A program made the position numbers and the translations under genes. The notes beneath the pieces were generated by a model. The model was not told the origin of the DNA and ran no database searches. It worked only from the letters and a program-made list of their open reading frames with translations. A stretch of 64,000 nt of DNA from Eledone cirrhosa (lineage: Eukaryota), in assembly GCA_964016885.1 (NCBI GenBank), contig OZ024740.1, positions 122,636,001 to 122,700,000 of the forward strand. The letters run 5' to 3'. Below are positions 1 to 13,661 of this stretch, in pieces. Numbering within the stretch: the stretch's first letter is position 1; every line of letters begins with the position of its first letter.

Positions 1-3000
1 AATAAGAATGAAGAGAGAAGCAGGCGGACGGACAGAGAAGAGGGGGGAAAAAGTAAAACTTAAAAAACAAAAACTAAGTCAGACATTCGAATACTACATT
101 ACAATGAAACTTATGCTTATTCATTTTTGGGGCCCTTTCTGCCCGTGTGTTTGTTTGTTTATGTGTGTCCGTATACAGCGTGGTGATAATGCCACACAAG
201 GGCCAAGTGGGATGGCGGATCCACAGATGGCTATGTAAACATACATTCGCCAATCCTCGATAAGAGTGTTTAAATATCGAACATAAACAGTTCGAATAAC
301 GGTGAAATGGAGACTAGAACGTCATGTGACAGACTCTCACCCAACAGGTGCCCCCTGGCTCAGCAGCAGGAACCTGACTGTCAACCAAATACTGCTGATG
401 TTGGAGGAAGAAGAAGAAGGAAAGGGGCCAGAACCAACTGGACGAAAGAATTGAATAGAACTGTTATGCAATGCTACCTGAAAAGTAACCCCAAGGAGAG
501 GGGCTACAGGAGACGGATGCATAACATCTGGAACGAGATTGGTTTATTTAAATTAGATGAACAAAAATTGGCCGGGCAGGCTCGGGTAATAAGAACTAAT
601 GGGTGGATAAGCGAGCTGGAACTGGAGGAACTGAGCAGAGAGAATGGCTTGGAGATGGCGGGTGTAGTATGCCAGACAAGCGAGCCGGCGGGAAATGAAG
701 GTGAGTCAGTCAGTATAAACAGAACCGCATGTTCGACAACAACCAGAAGATGCTGTTTGGACAGCTTGAGGGGAAAGAAAGAGGCAACGACTTGATCCCT
801 GGGGCGGAACAAGCTAAAACATTCTGGAGAGGAATATGGGAGCAGGATGTTAGACACAATTCCCAGGCAGGGTGGATTGAGACAGTACAGAGGGAGATCG
901 GTGAGCAGGCACAGCAACAGACTGATTTGAGTATCACAGTTGAAACTCTTAAGGGGCAAGCCAAAAAACTAACCAACTGGAAATCACCAGGCCCAGATGG
1001 TGTGCAGGGGTATTGGATTAAACATTTAACATCCCTCCACCCGAAGCTGACGGCCATGTTCAATGACTGCTTGGTGTCGGGTGAGGTGCCAGAGTGGTTG
1101 ACAAAAGGTACTACAGTTCTGATAATGAAAGACCGAATCAAGGGTAATGATGTTACCAACTATAGACCTATCACATGTCTGCCCGTAATGTGGAAACTGT
1201 TGACGAGCATTGTGTCTGAGGAAATCTACCATCACCTCCACACAAACAACTTGTTGCCGGACGAACAGAAAGGATGCCGAAAGAAGTCACGTGGTACAAA
1301 GGACCAGTTGCTTATTGATAAGATGGTAATGGGGAATTGCAGGAGGAGACACACTGATCTTGCCATGGGATGGATAGACTACAGAAAGGCATTTGACATG
1401 GTGCCTCATTCCTGGATCACCAAAAGCCTGGAGATCTTCAGGGTGGCAGATAACATCAGACAGTTGCTGGGCAGGAGTATGGGGTCCTGGGAGACAGAGT
1501 TGACATCAACTGGAGTATCCTTGGGAAGCGTGAAGATCAAGAGAGGTATCTTCCAGGGAGATAGCCTGTCCCCTCTGTTGTTTGTCCTTGCCCTGATGCC
1601 CTTGACCATTATGCTGCGAAAAGTGAGAGCAGGATACAAGTTGGGAAGGGGAGAGCTTACCATCAATCACCTCCTCTTCATGGACGATCTTAAGCTCTTC
1701 GGGAAAAGTGAGAAGGAGTTGGATGTGCTTGTTGACACTGTCCGTATTTTCAGCAGTGATATATGTATGCAGTTTGGTATTGGTAAATGTGGAGTCATTG
1801 TGATGAGGAGGGGTAGGTTGAGCAGAAGTAACGGGATCCAGATACCAACAGGTGAGATGATAAAGGAAATTGACTCTGAGGAAGGATACAAGTATTTGGG
1901 CGTTCTGGAGGCTGATGGCATAAAGAACAAAAAAATGAAGGAATTGTTAAGAACTGAATACATTCGGAGAGTAAGGAGCGTATTGAAGTCACATCTGAAC
2001 AGCAGAAATGCCATAAGCGCAGTAAATTCCCGAGTTGTGTCTATTATTAGGTACAGTGCGGGAACTCTGAGATGGAATGTTGCTGAACAAAAAGAAATGG
2101 ATAGGAAGACTAGGAAGCTATTGACTATCTACAACATGTTCCACAAGAGGAGTGATGTCGATAGACTCTACCTAAGGAGATCTGAGGGTGGAAGAGGTCT
2201 TATCAGCATAGAGGACTGTGTTCAGATGGAGAAAAACAACCTATACAAATACGTGACCTATAGTAAGGAGCCAATGCTCAGAGCTGTACTGAAGGAGGGG
2301 ACAGTAGGCCAGGGGATACCCAAGGAGGAAATAACATCAAGGAGGAAGAGCAGCCTTAAGGGAAAATCCCTTCATAGTACCTTCTTTGAGAAAACTGAAT
2401 TTAGAGATCCACAGACATGGAACTGGTTGAGAAGAGGAGACCTCAAAAAGGCTACAGAAGGAATGCTAATGGCTGCGCAGGAGCAGGCCCTCAAAACGAA
2501 GTGGTTGAAGCACCATATCTACAAGGAGGAGGCCAGCCCACTGTGCAGGATCTGTGGAGAGAGAGAGGAGACTGTGGCTCACATTGTGTCCGAGTGTAAA
2601 CACCTAGCCCAGACCCACTATAAGGGCTGGAGACACGATGTGATGGGCAGGGTGATCCACTGGCACCTGTGCAAAGTAAACAATCTACCACATTCTGAGA
2701 AATGGTATGAGCATAGGCCAGAGGCGGTGATGGAGAACAGTCAGGTGAAGGTGCTGTGGGATTTTAGGATACAGACGGACAAAAAACTGGAACACAATAG
2801 ACCTGACCTGGTGGTTGTGGACAAAGAAAAAAGATCGTGCCTGATTGTGGATGTGGCCTGCCCGTTCGACACGAGAGTGCAAGAGAAGGAGAGGGAGAAA
2901 ATTAACCGATACCAGGACCTAAAGTGGGAGGTGAAAAGGATTTGGAACTGCAAATGAAGTCAAAGTGATCCCGATTGTCATAGGCGCACTGGGGACTATC

Positions 3001-3191
3001 TCCAAAGGTTTCCAGGGATGGTTAAAGAAAATCGGCCCCTTCACGCTTTTTGGAACGCTTCAAAAGGCATGCTTGCTTGGAACGGCAAGAACCCTCCGAT
3101 ACGTCCTGAATATCTGAGGCTGCAGGTAGTGGCTTGATATTCAATCCAACGGACTTTCCAGTTAACCAACATCAATGACTGAGATTCAAGG
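1..3191 (+). mobile_element. R4/Dong-type non-LTR retrotransposon, family 1 copy A (begins upstream of the window; 583-bp internal deletion)
   Basis: RT motifs [42 protein letters not shown]; CCHC CRICGEREETVAHIVSEC; RLE motif RPD..DVACP. Short 3' UTR ends in (AAT)n. Bases 1-704 match 6124-6828 and 703 onward match 7410 onward. Confidence 0.92.
307..3117 (+). pseudogene. Dong copy A RT-RLE ORF (N-terminus 307-704 joined out of frame to 729-2957; 1-bp insertion near 2953)
   Basis: ORFs 307..795 and 729..2957. The C-terminal VIPIVIGALG..LGTARTLRYVLNI* continues in another frame to the TGA at 3115-3117. Confidence 0.88.
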
Positions 3192-3203
3192 AATAACAAT
3201 AAC

Positions 3204-3233
<30 letters not shown>
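3192..3233 (+). repeat. (AAT)n tail/target tract
   Basis: Directly visible AAC/AAT triplets between two elements. Confidence 0.95.
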
Positions 3234-3234
<1 letters not shown>

Positions 3235-5306
3235 GCTGTAAGGATCAGCTTCTGGTTAACAAAATGATACTGGAAGATTGTCATAATAGACACAAAAATC
3301 TATCGATTGCTTGGATAGATTATAAAAAAGCATTCGATAGTTTGCCACACAGTTGGATTGAAAAATGTTTAGAGATTTTCAAAATATCCCCCGTTGTCAG
3401 GAGGTTTTTGTCATTCAGTATGAAGACATGGAAAACGACACTCCTTTTGAATAGTGAAACAAAATCACTGGAAGCTGGAGAAGTTAATATTAATTGTGGA
3501 ATTTTTCAGGGTGAATCTTTATCACCGCTTTTATTCTGCATCGCACTTATACCATTAAGTAAAATGCTCAATGAAACAAAACATGGATATAGAGTCTATG
3601 ACAAAACCATTAATCACCTGTTCTACATGGATGACCTGAAACTATTTGCAAAAAATGATGAACAATTGCAAGGGCTATTATCCACTGTGAAGCAGTTCAG
3701 TGATGACATTAAAATGGAGTTTGGACTGGATAAATGCGCCAAAGCAACGTTCACCAGAGGAAAGCTGCTGAAGAGTTCAGACATTAATCTTGATCGGGGG
3801 AACGTGATAAGAGAGCTTGATCAAGAACAAACTTACAAATATCTAGGTGTTTGTGAAGGAGACGGAATCAAGCACTCGACAATGAGGGAAAGGATAAGGA
3901 AGGAATGTTACCGCAGAGTCAGAGCAATCTTAAGAACGGAATTGAACGCAAGGAATAGGATCGATGCCATAAACACGCTTGCCATACTAATAGTAACCTA
4001 CAGTTACAATGTCATCAACTGGTCAAGCACAGAGATCCGTAGGCTCGATACAAAAATTCACCATGCACAGAATGCATCACCCTAAGGCAGATATAGATAG
4101 AATATATCTCCCTAGGAAAGAAGGAGGACGTGGGTTAATCCAGTTAGACATTGCGTTGAAAACTGCAACAATTGGATTATGTACATATCTAAGGGAATCA
4201 CATGATTGGATGATCAAACTCGTTTTGAAACACGAAAGCATCAAAAGATCATATTCCATTACAAAAGATGCACAAAGATACAGTAATCGACTACAAATTT
4301 CAGAAGTCCCATTTACTGCTGAAATGGAAAACACAGAAAAAGCAAAGCAGGTAAAAGTAACTGCAAAGAAAGAACTGCTACAGAAACTGGCTAAGAAATG
4401 GCAAGAAAAGCCTCTGTATGGAAAATACCCAGAGCGAGCTAACAATCCTGATGTTGACAAAACTTTAACCCATCAGTGGTTGGCATCCTCTGGACTGAAA
4501 TCGGAGACTGAAGGACTGATTATATCGGCACAAGATCAGTGTCTGCCAACAAAAAATTACCAAGCCAACATAATAAAAAATGGGTGCAGCCCATTATGCC
4601 GTGTATGCAAAAAACAACCAGAGACCATTGACCATATAATTTCAATGTGAAGTCCTATAGCTCCAACCGAATACCTAAACAGGCATGACAGAGCTGCACA
4701 ATACATACATTGGATAATGTGTAAGCATTTTGACCTGCCCCATCAAAAGAATTGGTGGGAGCATCAACCACCTCCCATACTTGAAAAAGACCACATCTCA
4801 ATCTTGTGGAACTTTAGCATCCAAACAGACCGAAAAATAGATGCAAATAGACCTGATTTAATATTGAAGGACTTTCAAAAGAGGGTATGCCTGCTAATTG
4901 ATATGTCTGTTCCAATAGACAAGAATGTATTTATAAAATCATTTGAAAAATTGAGCAAGTATAAGGACCTGGAGATAGAAATTGGAAAAATGTGGAAATT
5001 GAGAACTAAAACAATACCAGTGGTTGTAGGCGCTCTGGGAATGATAACTAAGGGGTCTAATGACTACTTATCGCAAATCCCAGGAAACCCGCGTATAGGA
5101 GAAATACAAAAGATAGTACTAATGGGAACTGCCCATATACTAAGGAAGATTCTGTCAATATAAGTACATCACAAGTCTAAACACTAAAGATGCATGTGTG
5201 AATATGTATGTTCTTTCTTGAACATAGAGGACCTTGTTGTCTCTTGAGGTCACTGGTTGTGACTTGGTGATAACTCGTATGAACATAAAGCAAGATAAAT
5301 GCAACT

Positions 5307-5307
<1 letters not shown>
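3234..5307 (+). mobile_element. R4/Dong-type retrotransposon, family 2, 5'-truncated and frameshifted
   Basis: Starts in the RT (GCKDQLLVNKM). ORFs 3264..4085, 4009..4650 and 4717..5163 carry [42 protein letters not shown] and RPD..IDMSVP. Nucleotide sequence and 3' UTR differ from family 1; flanked by (TAA)n on both sides. Confidence 0.9.

Positions 5308-5364
<57 letters not shown>
5308..5364 (+). repeat. (TAA)n tail/target tract
   Basis: Pure TAA repeat. Confidence 0.95.
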
Positions 5365-5631
5365 GGGAAGAAGACGCACGAGGTGGCGGAGGTCATGAAA
5401 TCGCTCCCGTAAGTTTTGAATTTTTAACATATTTAAATCATTTGTGAAATAACAACTCTTAGTACAAATGCTACGTAAAGCACCCGGCTTGAGCCCCAAA
5501 AGTTTCGGACCCAAAATATATTGATTTTAGGCTCAAATATTCAAATATTCAACTTTGTATTGTACACTGTATATCCAAAAAAGAAAATGGCTATAAATGG
5601 AAGAAGAACACCCCCCCTCCTCTCCTCTGTC

Positions 5632-5724
5632 TACACTATATAGAACAGCCAAACTCACCAACACCAGAAACTAGATACACTATATAGAACAGCCAAACTC
5701 ACCAACACCAGAAACTAGATACAC
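5632..5724 (+). repeat. 44-bp tandem duplication in the copy B leader
   Basis: TACACTATATAGAACAGCCAAACTCACCAACACCAGAAACTAGA x2. Confidence 0.9.
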
Positions 5725-6430
5725 CACCCACCTCATCACCTGTGTACACTAAACACAACAGCCAGATAACGGCAATTTCACCACCACCGCTCACTACTGC
5801 CATCATTACCACCACTATCCCATCACCGCCGCCACCACTCTTCACTCCTTCACTGACCACCACTGCCTCGGTATCGACATCACCACCACCACTGTCTCAG
5901 TATCGCTACCGCCGCCAGTGACCCACTTCTCCCAGCTGGCTGCTGCCACCACATTATAGAATTCCTACTACTAAAAAAGAGGAAGGCATCAAAATATATA
6001 GATAGACTCAAAAGAAAAAAGAAAAAACAAACAACAAAACCAAAGCAGCACAGCAACAACAGCAAAAAACGAGAAAAACAAACAGAGAAAAACAAAAACA
6101 AAAAAAAACAAAAAACGTAAAGAAAATAACAATGAAGAGAGAAGCAGGCGGACGGACAGAGAAGAGGGGGGGAAAACTAAAACTAAAAAAACAAAAACTA
6201 AGTCAGACATTCGAACACTACATTACAATGAAACTTATGCTTATTCATTTTTGGGGCCCTTTCTGCCTGTGTGTTTGTTTGTTTATGTGTGTTCGTATAC
6301 AGCGTGGTGATAATGCCACACAAGGGCCAAGTGGAGCGGCGAATCCACAGATGGCTATGTAACCATACATTCGCCAATCCTCGATAAGAGTGTTTAAATA
6401 TCGAACATAAACAGTTCGAATAACGGTGAA

Positions 6431-9400
6431 ATGGAGACTAGAACGTCATGTGACAGACTCTCACCCAACAGGTGCCCCCTGGCTCAGCAGCAGGAACCTG
6501 ACTGTCAACCAAATACTGCTGATGTTGGAGGAAGAAGAAGAAGGAAAGGGGCCAGAACCAACTGGACGAAAGAATTGAATAGAACTGTTATGCAATGTTA
6601 CCTGAAAAGTAACCCCAAGGAGAGGGGCTACAGGAGACGGATGCATAACATCTGGAACGAGATTGGTCTATTTATATTAGATGAACAAAAATTGGCCGGG
6701 CAGGCTCGGGTAATAAGAAATAATGGGTGGATAAGCGAGCTGGAACTGGAGGAACTGAGCAGAGAGAATGGCTTGGAGATGGCGGGTGTAGTATGCCAGA
6801 CAAGCGAGCCAGTGGGAAATGAAGGTGAAGAGGTCCTGAGAACGGAGGAACCACCCGAAGCAGACAATGATCTGAATACTGAGATAAATAATACCTGGAA
6901 CAGAGATACGGCCACTGAGGAGATGAATGCTGACGGGCTAGGACAAGATTCGGTTGACATCCTAAATTTAGTGGTAGATGAATTGAACAATGATAGTGGG
7001 AGACCTATGAACCTAAGATTTGTAGACAGGAAAAAGTTAAAAGAAACAACAGCTAAGGTAAACAAATTCATCTCATACTTTGAGGCGAGGAGCCTTCACC
7101 AGTGCAACAATATCCTCAAAGCAACAGCAAATACGGTGAGGAAACTACTTGGTATAAAAGCGAGAGGAAACAACAGACAAGAAAGAGCAGAGCCGTGGTG
7201 GAAGAAACGACTGAGTGGTCAAATCGGGGAAATGAGAAATGACATAGGAAAGCTTGAGTCACTACTGAATGGGACACTAAAAAACATAGGCACTAAAAAT
7301 AGACTGGAAATAAAGTACAAAACTAGGAGGAAAAAGCTAAATATTATCATAGAGGAACTGAAGCAACGCATTGTAGCAAAGAGTGCAAAAATCAGGCGAT
7401 ACGAGAACAGAGTCAGTCAGTATAAACAGAACCGCATGTTCGACAACAACCAGAAGATGCTGTTTGGACAGCTTGAGGGGAAAGAAAGAGGCAACGACTT
7501 GATCCCTGGGGTGGAGCAAACTAAAACATTCTGGAGAGGAATATGGGAGCAGGATGTTAGACATAATGTCCAGGCAGGGTGGATTGAGACAGTACAGAGG
7601 GAGATCGGTGAGCAGGCACACCAACAAACTGATTTGAGTATCACAGTTGAAACTCTTAAGGGGCAGGCCAAAAAACTAACCAACTGGAAATCACCAGGCC
7701 CAGATGGTGTGCAGAGGTATAGGATTAAAAATTTAACATCCCTCCACCCGAAGCTGACGGCCATGTTCAATGACTGCTTGGTGTCGGGTGAGGTGCCAGA
7801 GTGGTTGACAAAAGGTACCACAGTTCTGATAATGAAAGACCGAATCAAGGGTAATGATGTTACCAACTATAGACCTATCACATGTCTGTCCGTAATGTGG
7901 AAACTGTTGACGAGCATTGTGTCTGGGGAAATCTACCATCACCTCCACACAAACAACTTGTTACCGGACGAACAGAAAGGATGCCGAAAGAAGTCACGTG
8001 GTACAAAGGACCAGTTACTTATTGATAAGATGGTAATGGGGAATTGCAGGAGGAGACACACTGATCTTGCCATGGGATAGATAGACTACAGAAAGGCATT
8101 TGACATGGTGCCTCATTCTTGGATCACCAAAAGCCTGGATATCTTCAGGGTGGCAGATAACATCAGACAGTTGCTGTGCAGGAGTATGGGGTCCTGGGAG
8201 ACAGAGTTGACATCAACTGGAGTATCCTTGGGAAGCGTGAAGATCAATAGAGGTATCTTCCAGGGAGTTAGCCTGTCCCCTCTGTTGTTTGTCCTTGCCC
8301 TGATTCCCTTGACGATTATGCTGCGAAAAGTGAGAGCAGGATACAAGTTGGGAAAGGGAGAGCTTACCATCAATCACCTCCTCTTCATGGACGATCTTAA
8401 GCTCTTCGGGAAAAGTGAGAAGGAGTTGGATGTGCTTGTTGACACTGTCCGTATTTTCAGCAGTGATATATGTATGCAGTTTGGTATTAGTAAATGTGGA
8501 GTCATTGTGATGAGGAGGGGTAGGTTGAGCAGAAGTAACGGGATCCAGATACCAACAGGTGAGATGATAAAGGAAATTGACTCTGAGGAAGGATACAAGT
8601 ATTTGGGCGTTCTGGAGGCTGATGGCATAAAGAACAAAAAAATGAAGGAATTGTTAAGAACTGAATACATTCGGAGAGTAAGGAGCGTATTGAAGTCACA
8701 TCTGAACAGCAGCAATGCCATAAGCGCAGTAAATTCACGAGCTGTGTCTATTATTAGGTACAGTGTGGGAATTCTGAGATGGAATGTTGCTGGACAAAAA
8801 GAAATGGATAGGAAGACTAGGAAGCTATTGACTATCTACAACATGTTCCACAAGAGGAGTGATGTCGATAGACTCTACCTAAGGAGATCTGAGGGTAGAA
8901 GAGGTCTTATCAGCATAGAGGACTATACAAAAAGAACCTATACAAATACGTGACCTATAGTAAGGAGCCAATGCTCAGAACTGTACTGAAGGAGGGGACA
9001 GTAGGCCAGGGGATGTCCAAGGAGGAAATAACATCAAGGAGGAAGAGCAGCCTTAAGGGAAAATCCCTTCATAGTATCTTCTTTGAGAAAACTGAATTTA
9101 GAGATCCACAGACATGGAACTGGTTGAGAAGAGGAGACCTCAAAAAGGCTACAGAAGGAATGCTAATAGCTGCGCAGGAGCAGGCCCTCAAAACGAAGTG
9201 GTTGAAGCACCATATTTACAAGGAGGAGGCTAGCCCACTGTGCAGGATCTGTGGAGAGAGAGAGGAGACTGTGGAGAGAGAGAGGAGACTGTGGCTCACA
9301 TTGTGTCCGAGTGTAAACACCTAGCCCAGACCCACTATAAGGGCTGGAGACACGATGTGATGGGCAGGGTGATCCACTGGCACCTGTGCAAAGTAAACAA

Positions 9401-9832
9401 TTTACCACATTCTGAGAAATGGTATGAGCATAGGCCAGAGGCGGTGATGGAGAACAATCAGGTGAAGGTGCTGTTGGATTTTAGGATACAGACGGACAAA
9501 AAACTTGAACACAATAGACCTGACATGGTGGTTGTGGACAAAGAAAAAAGATCGTGTCTGATTGTGGATGTGGCCTGCCCTTTCGACACGAGAGTGCAAG
9601 AGAAGGAGAGGGAGAAAATTAACCGATACCAGGACCTAAAGTGGGAGGTGAAAAGGATTTGGAACTGCCATGTAGTCAAAGTGATCCCGATTGTCATAGG
9701 CGCACTGGGGACTATCTCCAAAAGTTTCCAGGGATGGTTAAAGAAAATCGGCCCCTTCACGCTTTTTGGAACGCTTCAAAAGCATGCTTGCTGGGAACAG
9801 CAAGAACCCTCCGATACGTCCTGATTATCTGA
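6431..9832 (+). pseudogene. Dong copy B ORF (premature TAG at 8078-8080, small deletion near 8925, short duplication near 9250-9290, frameshift near 9781)
   Basis: Comparison with copies A and D; N-terminal region with EPWWKKRL and ELKQRIVAKSAKIRRY precedes the RT. Confidence 0.88.
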
Positions 9833-9906
9833 GGCTGCAGGTAGTGGCTTGATATTCATTCCAACGGACTTTCCAGTTAACCAACATCAATGACTGAGAT
9901 TCAAGG

Positions 9907-9915
9907 AATAACAAC

Positions 9916-9962
<47 letters not shown>

Positions 9963-9969
9963 TAATAAT
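9907..9969 (+). repeat. (AAT)n tail of Dong B and insertion site of Tx1 copy 1
   Basis: Visible repeat. Confidence 0.95.
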
Positions 9970-10216
9970 GTTTTGTTTTCTTTATTAACCACAAGGGTTT
10001 ACATAAAGTAGACATTAAGGACAGTACAGGACAATACAGGACGGTACAAATGGGCATTTCTGCGTGTAAAAAACGGAGGTTGAAATAAAATAACAAAGAA
10101 AAATTCCCCAATAGGGGGGAGACTTCCGAGGGACATTTGTGGAGAAAGCCCATTAAAAGACCACAGTGGCCCTGACCACCAGGGCAAGTGCCCTCTCCCA
10201 GTTTTCCACCTTTAAT

Positions 10217-13200
10217 TTACAGACACATACTCAGAGAAGGCCCATTCATTCGGCCCATACTTGCTTCTCTCACCCATCTTTCAACAAAATGTTGGGAAGA
10301 GAGCACTTCCCTCTCTACCCTGATTTTCCTTTTCAAATGAAATTTGAAAAAGTTAATCAGAGCATCACCGAAGAGGTAAGTGCTCGTCTTCAGCCCTACT
10401 ATCTCTTTCGCCATGGCCACCAGACAGATAAAAACTGCCTGCCCTTTCCGGCTAAAGGAAGGGGGCGGGGCAATCCTCACGATGGACTCAGCTGATAGCT
10501 GGATCCGTCCTACACGTGACAGCAGGTGTTCGACATAAACCCACAAGTCAGCAATGCTCGGACACTGGACGAGTGCGTGCAGGACAGTTTCGTCGCCCTG
10601 CGCGTATCTCGGACATGCCCGGCTGACGGCACCTCCATGCCTGTAGAGTTTATCCCGAACTGGCAAAGCTCCTCGGTAGCACTGCCAGGCCAGGGATTTC
10701 TGGAAGTTGTCCATAGGCCCCGGCCCGAAAGTCCTTCCGAAGAGATTGGCTAGTTGATTTTCGTCGACGCCTAGAGTTTCTCCAAGTACGTCGTCGCTCT
10801 TCCCCTCCACTAATTCCCTATAGAACGCCAAGGTGGAGTTTCCACCGATCACATTGCCCGATTGGTCGAGGGCTGTGAGCGCCTGAAGACATTCCAGTCT
10901 CCAAGCGCTCCCTCGCGGTCTTCGCTTGACCCAGGACTGCAGCTCCGTCAAGGAAACGAGCTGGGGAAAAACGTGTCTCGCAAACGGCGACCACACCTGA
11001 TCACCGTCGAGGAAGAGGTGGAGATGTCGTAGCCTGAGTGCGTGTCTGCGCATCATCAGCCACAGCATGCCCAGCCCTCCACGTAGCGGGTGTTGACAGC
11101 AGATGGACCGCCTGACCATCGGAGCGCGTCCCTTCCACAAGAAGCGAAAGAGCAAACGCTCCAGCGCAGTCAGGCGGGGCTTAGGACAAGGTACGACGGT
11201 CAGGCGGTAGTAGATGACGGATGCGATGTACGCATTCGCCACCTCCGCCACCTCCGCTCAACCTTTCAGGGATAGCTTCCTCTCGGCCCATTTCTGGGTG
11301 AGAGAAGCCACCCTGCTCGTCTCCTCGTCCCAGTTTTTGTCCGTCTGGAGGTCTGGACCGAACCAGACCCCTAGCAATTTAACCGGTCCGTCCGTCCAGC
11401 GCCCGACGACGCTGTTTGACGGCATGGACCTGCTTCTCCAGGTGCCGAGCTGCAGGCCCACTGACTTTTCCTGGTTGATCATTGCTCCTGTCACCGCTTC
11501 GTATTCTCTTAGTGTAGTGCCGATCGCCTCGATGTGTTTGGCGTTCGACACCACTACGGTGACATAGTCGGCATATGCTGACATGGATCTTCCGCATCCT
11601 AGTTCGCGCGGGACCCCCCTCAACGTCTCCAGTTTGTGCAGTAATGGCTCGAGAGTCAATACGTACAATAGGGACGAGAGGGGACATCCTTGGCGGACCG
11701 AGCGCATGATGTTGAACGGTTCCGAAAGGTGACCGTTCACTCTCACTACAGAGCAGATGTCGCTGTGCATGGCAGCGATCCAGCCTCTGAAGACGGGCCC
11801 AAAGCCAGCCGCCCTCAGGACTGCCGCTAGGTAACGATGGTCGACCCTATCGAAGGTTTTCGACTGATCTAAATTGATCAAAGACCCACCCGTGCCAGGT
11901 TCCTTAGCTACCCTCTCTACGATGTATCGCATGAGGTGGAGGTTGTCGTGGATGGATCTGTCGGGAATGGCGCATGTCTGTGCCTCTCCCACCAGACCAC
12001 CAACGACAAGCGCCAACCTCTTTGCTAGCACCTTGGCCAAAATCTTGAACTCTGTGTTTAGCAGAGTTCTGGGCCTAAAATTATCTATGTTATCCCCCTT
12101 GCTCGGATCCTTTCTCAGCAGCGCCACCGCTCCTCGGCTCACAGAGCTGGGAATTCTCCCGTTCTGTTGCCAGTTGCAGTAGACGTCGGCCAAGAGGCCT
12201 CCGAACAAGTTTGGCATTTGTACGTAAAGTTCATAGGGCAGACCATCCAAACCAGGCGATTTACCCCTTGTGCAACTAGTCATTGCATCCCGTACTTCAG
12301 CGGTTGTTATCGGCTTTTCGCAACACTCCGCCTCAGTGGCCGAAAGCCGCGGCAGTCCGTCGAGGTAGACACTAAAGTCCATCCCTCGATCCGGCCCGCC
12401 ACTGCCCCCGAACAGTTGAGCGAAGTGTCGCTGAAAAGCTTCACACATTTGCCCGGGATCGAGTAGCATGCGCCCGTCGTGGTCCACCAAAGACCGGATC
12501 GTGGCTTTGTTACCACGACGCGCCTCCGCCACTCGGGCCCATTGAACGGCTTTCGTCCCCTCGTGTCTGAGAGCACGCACCCTAGCTCTGACAACGCAGC
12601 CTTCGTGCTTTGCATTGAAGAATTGGTCAAGGGCCAATTTCGCCGCAAGTACGTCGGTCGCGATGCCTTTGCTAAGCGCCTCATCTAATTTTCTAACTAA
12701 TTCTCCCTCTGCTCTATTTTTCTCTATTGCTAAAGTCTTACTAAACCTAATGGACTCTATTCTAATTGCTCTTTTCAGAGCAAACCACCACTTGTTGTTG
12801 ACGATGGCCCCCGTCAACGCCCGCTTAACTATTTCGCTAATCCGGTCTCTGTAGGCCTTGCGCGCTGGTAAGGACGCGTTTAGCTTCCAGTAGCCGGGTC
12901 CTTGTCTATGAAGCCTATCTAAGTCAAGCACACAGATCACGAATGTGTGGTCCGTGTAGCTGACTATCTTGAATTGTGGACAGCCTATGCTACACCTATC
13001 TATTTCCCTACAAAATACTCTATCTAGATATGATCTGGATGACCCTATGCGATTTGTCCAAGTCCACATTGGTACATTGGGGAAATCCATTCGGTACCTG
13101 TCAGACAGTTCAAAACGTCTGAGCAGGTTGGTGAGACTCTTGCACCCTCCTTCCCTATCCACTAATCCCACACAATCCCAGCGTGCATCTAAGATCCCGT

Positions 13201-13627
13201 TCCAGTCGCCCACTAACACTAAAGAGCGGGACGTTCCAAGAAAGGTCTCCAGACGCCGGAAGAAATCAGGCCGCCCTGCTCCTGTCGGGGCATAGACGGC
13301 CACTAACCTGAAAGCTTGCCCGTCTCCGCTGGTCACGTCCAGCACCACCAACTTACCTTCTGGGTCCAGGAAGATGGCCCGTATGGCAAGATCCAAACCT
13401 CTCCGAAAAAGCACAGCAACTCCTCCCCCCGACCCCGGACGGCTGGGAGATGCGTACACATCGTAGCCGCCGAAGATGGGTGCGAAAGCCTGTGCTTCGG
13501 AGATTCTGGTCTCGCTGATGGCCACTACATCTATGTTTAGTGACCTGAGGTCGTTGAGCAGGTGGCCCTGCTTCCATGACGACCCCAAGCCACGCGCATT
13601 TATGCTGCCTATTCTGAGTGAGGTCAT
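10217..13627 (-). pseudogene. Tx1 ORF2 (APE + RT + C-terminal Cys/His motif) with in-frame TGA at 11258-11260 and YADD changed to YADY
   Basis: ORFs 11258..13627 and 10217..11251 are in the same frame; C-terminal CPRYAQGDETVLHALVQC. Confidence 0.9.
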
Positions 13628-13661
13628 GTTGAAAAGGAGTGGAAAAGATGGGAAAGACCAC

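Larger units (their letters stand above)
5365..9906 (+). mobile_element. R4/Dong family 1 copy B, apparently full length including a ~1.07 kb leader
   Basis: Bounded by (TAA)n on both sides. ORFs 6431..8080, 8105..8953, 8950..9324, 9240..9824 are near-identical to copy A; same 3' UTR. Confidence 0.9.

Noticed and set aside
6825-7410. Splicing as the cause of the copy A deletion (GT at 6825, AG at 7409-7410)
   Set aside because: Copy A retains GTG at the junction, 3 nt off a GT-AG splice product; microhomology-mediated deletion fits better.
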